NCBI RefSeq assembly: GCF_028416575.1 | Contig: NZ_JAMQKB010000001.1 | Coordinates: 173,649 to 205,648 of the forward strand | From: Terrihalobacillus insolitus | GTDB lineage: Bacteria; Bacillota; Bacilli; Bacillales; Amphibacillaceae | DNA: 32,000 bases | Direction of reading: 5' to 3' | Made by a program: the position numbers and the translations under genes | Shown here: piece after piece, positions 24,840 through 32,000 of the stretch | Position numbering within the stretch: position 1 is the stretch's first letter | Layout: the number at the start of each line of letters is the position of its first letter | Notes under the pieces: generated by a model | Seen by the model: only the letters and a program-made list of their open reading frames with translations | Database searches by the model: none | What the model was told of the DNA's origin: nothing

Positions 24840-24847
24840 GATTGTAC

Positions 24848-26374
24848 CTACCTTCCTACTAATCCCATATTATTAATTATTCGATCCAACATTTCATCAA
24901 TTGCCGTCATATTACGAGCTGCAGCATTATAAGCTTGCTGAAATTTGATCATATTCGTCATTTCTTCGTCCAACGAAACAGAACTTACTGACTGTCTTCG
25001 CTCATCCACCTGGTTCGTTAACACATTAGAGTTGTCCTGCAGGCGGCGCGCTTCTTGTGAAAGCACGGCCATTTCTCCGATGACAGATTCATAAAAGCTT
25101 TTGACAGACGTGTTATTGCCAAGGTTTTGAATCGGAGTGCGCATGACTTCCGCAAGACTTTGGGCATTATTACCATTACCACTTGTACCGTCTTGACTAG
25201 CAGCAATTAAATCGCCATTTTCTTTAATCGCTTCGGTCACATCCAAACGAGTTGCAGCTCCTAATTCTCCTCCATTTACCTTAAAAAAGTCTTGTCCTGG
25301 ATTTCCTTCTAAATCATAACCTGCTTTATGTGCTTGGTTAAATGTATTTGCAAATTCAAACGCCATCTTGTCTAAATCTCCAAGCATGTCTGGATATTTT
25401 CCAGCAATTTCGCTATTATCAACATATCCGTATGACTCTACTAGTCCTTGCAGTTTTCCTTTTGACGAGAAATCCGCACCAGTAAATGTTGTGCCACCAA
25501 TTGATAGTTCACTTATCACATTTCGTCCAAGTGTATCATCGTAACGAACCTCAACGAAACGAGCTTCACCAACCACTCCATCGACAAGCTTTACTGGGGG
25601 ATTATAGGATTTACCCTCTCCATTAACCATCTCAATCGTTGCTTGTCCCTTTGCAGTTGCAGCTGCATTCGATTGTTCTGAAGTTTGGCTATAAGATACC
25701 TTGATGTTGACAATTCCTGAAAGCTGATCCACTAATCTGTCACGTTCATCATATAAGTCATTTGGTAAGTAGCCGTTTGGCTCAATCTTCCCTATTTGTT
25801 TGTTTACATTGTTGATTTGTGTTAAAAGAGAATTCATTTCTTTTACCGTTACATTTGTTTCGTTTTGTAAGTTGCCTCGAATCGATTCCAAAGAACTTGA
25901 CAAATATTCGAATGTTTCAGCAACTGCGAGCCCTCTTTGACGTACAACCGATCGTGTTCCTGAATCCTCTGGGTTCACAGACAAATCCTGTAACGCCTGC
26001 CAAAAGCGATCCATCGTTTTGGATAACCCTTGTTCAGATGGTTCATTCATAATCTCTTCCATTTGATTCAATGCATCGGCCTTCGATTCATAGTATCCTA
26101 GTTTACTATTTTCCCCGCGAAATTGCAGATCCAAAAACTGATCACGAACACGCTCAATTGAACCAGCCTGTACGCCACTTCCTACCTGTCCTGCAATCTC
26201 AGGACGATTTCTTGATGCAGGAGGGTAGGGGGCTGTTTGTTCAAAGTTGACCCGCTGTCTTGTATACCCATCTGTGTTCGCATTCGCAATATTTTGCCCA
26301 GTCGTATATAAAGCTGATTGTTGGGTATTAAGTGCACGTTTGGCAACCTCTAGCCCACTAAATGTGGATCCCAT
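24848..26374 (-). CDS. flgK: Flagellar hook-associated protein FlgK
   Basis: MGSTFSGLEVAKRALNTQQSALYTTGQNIANANTDGYTRQRVNF... and C-terminal EEMTNMIKFQQAYNAAARNMT. Confidence 0.95.
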   Translation of the reverse strand: MGSTFSGLEVAKRALNTQQSALYTTGQNIANANTDGYTRQRVNFEQTAPYPPASRNRPEIAGQVGSGVQAGSIERVRDQFLDLQFRGENSKLGYYESKADALNQMEEIMNEPSEQGLSKTMDRFWQALQDLSVNPEDSGTRSVVRQRGLAVAETFEYLSSSLESIRGNLQNETNVTVKEMNSLLTQINNVNKQIGKIEPNGYLPNDLYDERDRLVDQLSGIVNIKVSYSQTSEQSNAAATAKGQATIEMVNGEGKSYNPPVKLVDGVVGEARFVEVRYDDTLGRNVISELSIGGTTFTGADFSSKGKLQGLVESYGYVDNSEIAGKYPDMLGDLDKMAFEFANTFNQAHKAGYDLEGNPGQDFFKVNGGELGAATRLDVTEAIKENGDLIAASQDGTSGNGNNAQSLAEVMRTPIQNLGNNTSVKSFYESVIGEMAVLSQEARRLQDNSNVLTNQVDERRQSVSSVSLDEEMTNMIKFQQAYNAAARNMTAIDEMLDRIINNMGLVGR

Positions 26375-26389
26375 GAAACGACCTCCTTG

Positions 26390-26893
26390 TTATGCATTTG
26401 AATCAAATACAGATCGATTTAAATGAGCAGTATAGTTGTTTGGTCTTGCTCTATTACCATAATTCATGTTTTTTAACGATGGATCAAGCATATCCATTGA
26501 TAGTTCAATGAATTGAAGCGATTGTTGGGTAAGATTCGCATTGAGCTGCTCCTGCTGTTTTAACTGAACGAGCGTATCGGTAAGTTGGAAAAGAGCCGTT
26601 TCCATCCTTATTTTTTCATCATTATCGTCATCAAGCCTATCCAAAAGGAAGGTGACAGTAGGATTCGTTTCATCCAACCCCTCGGTAACACACCAATTAT
26701 GAACGAACTCGAGCCGCTTTTCTTCTAATTGTGTGATGGCTTGCACCTGTTTTCTTTCTTTTACGAGAAGCGATTGCAGTTTGTCTGTTTCCGCACTTTT
26801 TAATGTTTCTGTTTTTTCCTTAGATAATTCATATAAGCTTTGGTGACATCTCGTTAAGTTTTCCATTATTTCTATTATAGGCTGAACGGACAT
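26390..26893 (-). CDS. flgN: FlgN-family flagellar chaperone (YvyG)
   Basis: MSVQPIIEIMENLTRCHQSLYELSKEKTETLK... ATG 26893 follows GGGAGGA; the track start 26926 would overlap flgM. Sits between flgM and flgK. Confidence 0.8.
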   Translation of the reverse strand: MSVQPIIEIMENLTRCHQSLYELSKEKTETLKSAETDKLQSLLVKERKQVQAITQLEEKRLEFVHNWCVTEGLDETNPTVTFLLDRLDDDNDEKIRMETALFQLTDTLVQLKQQEQLNANLTQQSLQFIELSMDMLDPSLKNMNYGNRARPNNYTAHLNRSVFDSNA

Positions 26894-26907
26894 AAAGCGT
26901 CCTCCCT

Positions 26908-27174
26908 CTATGACTGATTCGTCCAAAATTCAATCATTTTCTTTGCGGTTGTCTTTGGATCAACCTTGTATTCTCCAGCTGAAACGGCTTCTTTTATTTG
27001 CTCTACATACTTTCGCCTTGCCGCATCTGGTTTCATCGTTTCCTGCATTTGCTTTGCTTGGTCAGATATTTGCAGCTGGTCTTGTTTACTCGTTTCTTTT
27101 TTAGTGTTTATTTGCTTTTGGGTTTGCTTTTGGTATGCATTTATATTCGCATAATTCGTTCCTTCAATTTTCAA
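26908..27174 (-). CDS. flgM: Anti-sigma-D factor FlgM
   Basis: 88 aa, TTG start. ...LQISDQAKQMQE...QIKEAVSAGEYKVDPKTTAKKMIEFW matches the FlgM C-terminal sigma-binding region. Confidence 0.9.
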   Translation of the reverse strand: MKIEGTNYANINAYQKQTQKQINTKKETSKQDQLQISDQAKQMQETMKPDAARRKYVEQIKEAVSAGEYKVDPKTTAKKMIEFWTNQS

Positions 27175-27222
27175 GCTCGTTCACCTCTTCCGCCTAAATC
27201 ACGGATTATTATCTTAGTTCTT

Positions 27223-27249
27223 ATATCGTCATTATCACGAGAAAGTTTA
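27223..27249 (-). promoter_or_regulatory. Sigma-D-type promoter upstream of flgM (TAAA-N15-GACGATAT)
   Basis: Minus strand cTAAActttctcgtgataatGACGATATaag, about 45 nt upstream of the flgM start. Confidence 0.65.
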
Positions 27250-27278
27250 GTCTATAACCGTAAAATAGGAGAAAATAA

Positions 27279-27695
27279 TTATTTTTCTTTTTGGATCGAA
27301 AAATATGTTGTAGCTCGTTCCTTCTCTTTTCGGTTCTCCGCGAGTCGATCAATTTGTTCTTGCCTTTCTAGTTCCGATATTAATTCCGTTGCACAACTAG
27401 TACAAAGCTTTCCTTCGACAATATCGTTACCGCATTTTTCACAAGGATATGCTAAATTCGGAAAATGTGTCGTGCGAAGTCGGCGTTCTTTTACAAACTT
27501 TACAATAAGATCCTCTTCCACATCTGTCGCCTCAACAATTTGTGGAATCGTTGACTGGCGATTCTTTTGTTCACGCAAAAAATGGTACACGGTTTCAAAC
27601 GCCTTTTCTTCTTCTTTAAAACAATTATGACAAACCTGCCGGGTATCCTTTACGAAAAGGGCATTACATCTAGGGCAATTAGCTAACTCTCCCAT
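27279..27695 (-). CDS. yvyF: Flagellar operon zinc-ribbon protein YvyF (TIGR03826-like)
   Basis: MGELANCPRCNALFVKDTRQVCHNCFKEEE...CEKCGNDIVEGKLCTSC. Size and position match B. subtilis yvyF. Confidence 0.8.
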   Translation of the reverse strand: MGELANCPRCNALFVKDTRQVCHNCFKEEEKAFETVYHFLREQKNRQSTIPQIVEATDVEEDLIVKFVKERRLRTTHFPNLAYPCEKCGNDIVEGKLCTSCATELISELERQEQIDRLAENRKEKERATTYFSIQKEK

Positions 27696-27776
27696 GAAAC
27701 TCCCCCTTATTTTTTCGTATAGTATAGCATATCCTGTCGAAACCTACCATCACGGTTTCATAGCTAATTGAACCTA

Positions 27777-28460
27777 CTACCCTCTTATTAACGTAAATGA
27801 ATAAACTTCAGGACAACCAGCGTCTCTTAACTTTTTGGCTGCATGACGAATCGTTATTCCAGTAGTGTAGATGTCATCAATAAGAATCACCGGTGTTTTA
27901 ATATGGGTTACTACCTCAAAGGGATTGGTCGATACCAAGCGTTCACGCCTTGTTTTCTTTGACTGCTTTTCACCATGTATCCTTGTTAACGCTTGGATGG
28001 TTGTCGCGTTAAGAAAATCCGCCAAGGCTTCTGCCTGATTAAATCCACGTTCACTTAATCGTTCCAAGCTTAGAGGAATAGGAACGATTACCGCAACCTC
28101 TAGGAATGAAAATTGCTTCGTAAACGCTGCTTGAAATCCTTGGCGAAACGACTCTACTAAAACATAATCACCCCTATATTTCCATTTAGCGACCATCTCT
28201 TGTATCGCTTTACTGTAGGAGAAAACAGATCGATTAAACGTTAACACACCTTGCCATTCAGGGTCTTTCTCCCACCTAGCACAGTCCCTACATCTGTTTC
28301 CGAAATCCCAATTGCGTCCACACAACGTACATTGGTTTCCAGATAGAAAATCTAATTTCGTCTCGCATTGATCACATAAGGGCTTAGGGTGATCAGGATA
28401 AAATAAGTTATTCCAATTCACTTCTATCATTATTTCTGTATCGCACCAAATACAAAACAT
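27777..28460 (-). CDS. comFC: Competence protein ComFC (phosphoribosyltransferase-fold ComF family)
   Basis: N-terminal Cys4 zinc fingers and C-terminal PRT motif VILIDDIYTTGITI. Starts 1 nt after the comFA stop. Confidence 0.9.
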   Translation of the reverse strand: MFCIWCDTEIMIEVNWNNLFYPDHPKPLCDQCETKLDFLSGNQCTLCGRNWDFGNRCRDCARWEKDPEWQGVLTFNRSVFSYSKAIQEMVAKWKYRGDYVLVESFRQGFQAAFTKQFSFLEVAVIVPIPLSLERLSERGFNQAEALADFLNATTIQALTRIHGEKQSKKTRRERLVSTNPFEVVTHIKTPVILIDDIYTTGITIRHAAKKLRDAGCPEVYSFTLIRG

Positions 28461-28461
28461 C

Positions 28462-29940
28462 TCAGTTAAACTCCTTTCCTCTTTTATTCATTTTTTTAAT
28501 GGACTGAATTGCATGAACCATCGCATCGGTTTTACCGTTATGAAAGAACACGACCTCTCCAGTTGGATCATCAGGACTTCTTCCGGCACGACCAGCTATC
28601 TGAACGAGAGCTGCTTCATCAAAAACGTGATGACCAGCATCTAAAATCGCAACATCAACGGATGGGAAGGTGACACCTCGTTCCAAGATCGTTGTTGTTA
28701 TTAAAACAAACACTTTCTTTGCTCGAAATGCATCCACCTTCTTTTTTCGATTCGTATCTCCAGCGTGCACAAAATCAACCATTTTTTTGGTAGAGTATTG
28801 AGAACATAGCTCCTGTATGGATGGAACGAGTTGACTGGCTAGTTCAATTGTTGGAACAAAAATTAATAACTGTCTATCAGGGCGGGAGCGTTTCGAAAAC
28901 CATTGGATAAATGCGGAAGGAAGGAGGTGCCTTTTTAGAGAGGATCTTAAGTCCCAACTTTGCTTCATTGTAGGTTCGGGGAGAGGTTCTCCGTGAAATC
29001 GAACAGGAACAAATACAGTTGGAAGCTTTTGTGAACTGATTCTTCTTTTTTGATTCGAGCGTGGTGTGGCGGTCAAATATATGTTGGATGCATCTGTACG
29101 TGCAGCACGACTGGTGGCATAGGCTAAAGAAGGATCATGATGGAATGGAAAAGCATCGATTTCATCAATCACCATTACATCAAACGCCCGTGCAAAGCGA
29201 AGTAGCTGATGGGTAGTGGAAAGGATAAGTTGGCTTTTCCCTTCTTTGTGTTCACTACCACCATATAATGCTTCGATTGATACAGTAGGGAATGCCCGCT
29301 GAAACCTTGGCAGGAGCTCACGAACAACATCGGATCGAGGCGTAGCGATGCAAATTCTTTTCCCTTGCTGCAATGCTCTGGTTAACCCAGGGAACAGCAT
29401 TTCGGTTTTTCCTGCCCCGCAAACCGCCCAGACTAACAGTTCTCCACTCCCTTTTTCGATGAGCTGAGAAATTTGATCTGCAGCCTGTTGCTGATGTGCC
29501 GTAAGTTCACCACTCCATTTACATGGTTGATCATACTTTTTCCAATTAACGGTAGGGCCTGTCCATACGTATAACGGTTCACAATGCATGATCCTTCCCA
29601 TTTCAATGCATTTTCTGCAATATACATGTGTTCGTCCGCACTTTGAACAAGGTATATTGGCAAATAGTCGCTGCAATTGATTACCACAGCGGCGGCATTG
29701 ATGCGGATTTTGGGTGATCGATGGGATACATGTGAAAAATTGTGTTGACACAAGGTTGGCAAGCATTTTGTCGTCGATGGGAATTTCATGGCGTACTAGA
29801 AGTTTTCCAGAGAAGTTCGTAGCAAACGCTTTTATTTCTTCTAACGGGGAATCTAGTTGTTGGGGATCGGTTGGGGCTGGTAGCCATTCCTCTACATGGG
29901 AACGACCTCGTAATTTCATTTTCCAATGGTTTCTATTCAA
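28462..29940 (-). CDS. comFA: Competence DNA-uptake helicase/ATPase ComFA
   Basis: Zinc-finger region CRRCGN...CSKCG...CRKC, Walker A AVCGAGKTE, DEID box, helicase C-terminal motifs (TTILERGVT, QIAGRAGR). TTG start, uncertain. Confidence 0.9.
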   Translation of the reverse strand: MNRNHWKMKLRGRSHVEEWLPAPTDPQQLDSPLEEIKAFATNFSGKLLVRHEIPIDDKMLANLVSTQFFTCIPSITQNPHQCRRCGNQLQRLFANIPCSKCGRTHVYCRKCIEMGRIMHCEPLYVWTGPTVNWKKYDQPCKWSGELTAHQQQAADQISQLIEKGSGELLVWAVCGAGKTEMLFPGLTRALQQGKRICIATPRSDVVRELLPRFQRAFPTVSIEALYGGSEHKEGKSQLILSTTHQLLRFARAFDVMVIDEIDAFPFHHDPSLAYATSRAARTDASNIYLTATPRSNQKRRISSQKLPTVFVPVRFHGEPLPEPTMKQSWDLRSSLKRHLLPSAFIQWFSKRSRPDRQLLIFVPTIELASQLVPSIQELCSQYSTKKMVDFVHAGDTNRKKKVDAFRAKKVFVLITTTILERGVTFPSVDVAILDAGHHVFDEAALVQIAGRAGRSPDDPTGEVVFFHNGKTDAMVHAIQSIKKMNKRGKEFN

Positions 29941-30120
29941 ATACTTGTCATCTCCTTTTATTTTACCTGTGTTTCCTACTACTTCACATGAAAAAATATC
30001 GCCATTTCCAGGTCATTACGCCTCACTTTCGGCGATTAACCTTGTTAAGCTCGCGATCACCCCCTATTGGTGATTTTACCGAAAGGGGGGGACGCTCTCT
30101 ATTTTAAAAAGACTATCATT

Positions 30121-30804
30121 CTATAAAACTTCCACCCACCCATTTCGAATTGCAGTTACAACGGCTTGGGTGCGATCATTGACACTCATCTTTTGTAATA
30201 TGTTACTAACGTGATTCTTAACTGTTTTCTCACTTATATATAGTGCTTCTGCGACTCCTCTGTTACTTTTTCCTTCTGCTAAAAGTTGCAAGACCTCACA
30301 CTCGCGTCGTGTAAGAAGATGAAGTGGCTTTCGATATTCGGATATTTTTTCATTTACTTTTATTACATTTTCTTCTGCTAATCTTCGGTATTCCTTGACT
30401 AAGTTGTGTGTCACTTTAGGATGAAGGTAGGAACCGCCTTCGCTTACTACTTTAATCGCTTCGATTAGGGCGTCAGAGTCCATTTCTTTTAGCAAATATC
30501 CTTGTGCACCGGTTTTTAATGCATGTGTCACATAATTCTCATCATCATGGATGGACAAAATGATCACCCGTGTTTCTGGGTAATGCTGAATTAACTCTGC
30601 TGTTGCTTGCACACCATTAATGTGAGGCATGTTAATATCCATGAGCACGACATCTGGTTCATATTGCTCAACTAGATTTAGCACAGTAGTCCCATCGTCC
30701 CCCTCTGCCAAAACATTGAAAGAGGGTTCAAATTCTAAAATTCTGCGTACACCTTCTCGAAATAGTTTATGATCGTCTACTAATACTATATTGGTTGTCA
30801 TCAT
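30121..30804 (-). CDS. degU: Two-component response regulator DegU (NarL/LuxR family)
   Basis: [37 protein letters not shown]... is nearly collinear with B. subtilis DegU. C-terminal LuxR HTH. Confidence 0.95.
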   Translation of the reverse strand: MMTTNIVLVDDHKLFREGVRRILEFEPSFNVLAEGDDGTTVLNLVEQYEPDVVLMDINMPHINGVQATAELIQHYPETRVIILSIHDDENYVTHALKTGAQGYLLKEMDSDALIEAIKVVSEGGSYLHPKVTHNLVKEYRRLAEENVIKVNEKISEYRKPLHLLTRRECEVLQLLAEGKSNRGVAEALYISEKTVKNHVSNILQKMSVNDRTQAVVTAIRNGWVEVL

Positions 30805-30936
30805 TTGTTCCTCCTATATTCCTGGATTCACGGCAAAAATTGTTAGTATGTTTAAATTATGTAGTTCGTTATTTGATTTTGCCCTCTTGCCATTTTCAAT
30901 TCCATTATATCTTATTTTATTACAAGCTTGTATGCA

Positions 30937-32000
30937 CTAAAAGTCCTTAAGCGGAACTTTAATTAAAACGAATGTTCCTTCACCGATTTTTGAATTGAAG
31001 TTTATTTCACCATCAAGCATCTCAACTCGTTCATTCATACCGACAATACCAAACGATTTTTCCTTTTTTGTTTTAATGTCAAAGCCCTTTCCATCATCTT
31101 TAATGAGTAAAGTAACTTTATTTTTCATTATTTCCACTTTTACGGTGATTTTTTTGGCGCTGGCATGTTTAATTGCGTTTTGTACGGCTTCCTGAACAAG
31201 CCGAAACAGGGCAACTTCATATTTTGTCGGTAATCTTTTTTCATACCCAATGGAAATAAACTCGATATTTGTGCCATTGTATTCTTTTACATTTTCTAAG
31301 TACTTTTTCATCGTTGGAATAAGACCTAGGTCATCGAGTGCCATTGGTCTTAAATCGTAAATAATTCGCCTTACTTCATACAAAGAGCTCCGTACCATTT
31401 TTCGTACACTTTTTATTTCTTTAATCGCCTCCTCGACACTGCGCTCCCGAATGGTGCGATCCACTAAATCGGCACGAAGGAGAATATTTGCCAGCATTTG
31501 TGCTGGACCATCGTGCATCTCCCGAGACAATCTACGTCTTTCTTCCTCTTGTGCCTCGATAATTTTTAATCCAAACTCCTGTTTTTCCTGTGCATCATGT
31601 AACACTTCTGTTATTTGTTGGAAGTCATCGTTTAGATAATTTAGGACAACCGAAATTTTCCCCGTCAAGCCCTCTGCCCGTTTCATAGTCTGATCCAGAG
31701 ATAGAAGTCTTCGTTCCAATTCATCACGCTTTTGTCGTAATAGTCTTTCTTTTTCTCTTTCCATTGCTAGATCGGTTTGTAATTGGTGGGTTAATTCATA
31801 CACTTCACGAATTTCAACCTCTGAGTATTGATCAAAATGTTGGCTTACCTCAGACAAGCGAATCCTCGAAAATCGAACCTTTTGTTCTAATTGATCACCA
31901 GCTTCAATTGTCTGAATTACATTGGCCTTCGTTACTTCAAGTTCATTTTGCAGCTGTTCGTATTCTTTACGAGATTCTTCACCAATATGAAAGATTTCGT
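30937..32000 (-). CDS. degS: Sensor histidine kinase DegS, 5' end beyond the window
   Basis: The frame stays open to nt 31998 (EIFHIGEESRKEYEQLQNEL...RFSRIRLSEVSQHF...). H-box EEERRRLSREMHDGPAQ and a HATPase domain. The track start (TTG 31857) is internal. Confidence 0.95.
   Translation of the reverse strand, partial: EIFHIGEESRKEYEQLQNELEVTKANVIQTIEAGDQLEQKVRFSRIRLSEVSQHFDQYSEVEIREVYELTHQLQTDLAMEREKERLLRQKRDELERRLLSLDQTMKRAEGLTGKISVVLNYLNDDFQQITEVLHDAQEKQEFGLKIIEAQEEERRRLSREMHDGPAQMLANILLRADLVDRTIRERSVEEAIKEIKSVRKMVRSSLYEVRRIIYDLRPMALDDLGLIPTMKKYLENVKEYNGTNIEFISIGYEKRLPTKYEVALFRLVQEAVQNAIKHASAKKITVKVEIMKNKVTLLIKDDGKGFDIKTKKEKSFGIVGMNERVEMLDGEINFNSKIGEGTFVLIKVPLKDF

Noticed and set aside
26998-27630. 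210-aa plus-strand ORF spanning flgM, its promoter and yvyF in antisense
   Set aside because: Its composition is low-complexity and Phe/Leu/Ser-rich, typical of antisense AT-rich DNA. It overlaps two conserved genes and an intergenic promoter. No SD.
30040-30100. degU rho-independent terminator and ComK boxes upstream of comFA
   Set aside because: Only short G/C stems (tcacc...ggtga; ccccc...ggggg with a 20-nt loop) and no clear U-tract. No unambiguous AAAA-N5-TTTT ComK-box pairs. Not supportable from sequence alone.

Overview
This 32-kb window is from a low-GC Bacillaceae chromosome. It is largely collinear with the Bacillus subtilis 168 degSU - comF - late flagellar - hpf - secA - prfB - ftsEX - ctpB - minJ region (synteny recalled from memory, not searched). 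Nearly all genes are on the minus strand. In window order I recognise: minJ-like, ctpB-like S41 protease, a coiled-coil M23 peptidase, ftsX, ftsE, a YitT-family protein, prfB with its programmed +1 frameshift, secA, hpf, fliT, fliS, fliD, flaG, a Uma2-family nuclease, a 501-aa flagellin, csrA, fliW, a yviE-like gene, flgL, flgK, flgN, flgM, yvyF, comFC, comFA, degU and 5'-truncated degS. Sigma-D-type promoters precede hag, flaG and flgM, a sigma-B-type promoter precedes hpf, and the hag leader carries two CsrA-type GGA sites. I see no rRNA, tRNA, CRISPR array, transposase or integrase. I found no clear multi-gene novel system such as a defence island. Five non-core signals are worth a second look: (1) a ~160-bp palindromic MITE-like intergenic repeat present as six full, deleted or degenerate copies plus a 30-bp ends-only form, whose central hairpin is kept by compensatory changes; two copies bracket the yviE-like gene in inverted orientation. 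(2) A REP/BIME-like cluster of eight ~19-bp cores in alternating orientation between secA and hpf. (3) A 2.95-kb three-gene cassette flanked by 75-bp direct repeats that duplicate the convergent 3' ends of minJ and its neighbour; it encodes an unusual 71-aa protein with four Cys-Cys pairs, a CPLMM-motif membrane protein and an orphan KdgT-family permease. (4) An ORF split by an in-frame TGA next to a structured, GC-richer segment. (5) A Uma2 nuclease gene inserted between hag and flaG. Every family assignment rests on my reading of the translated ORFs and needs a database check.
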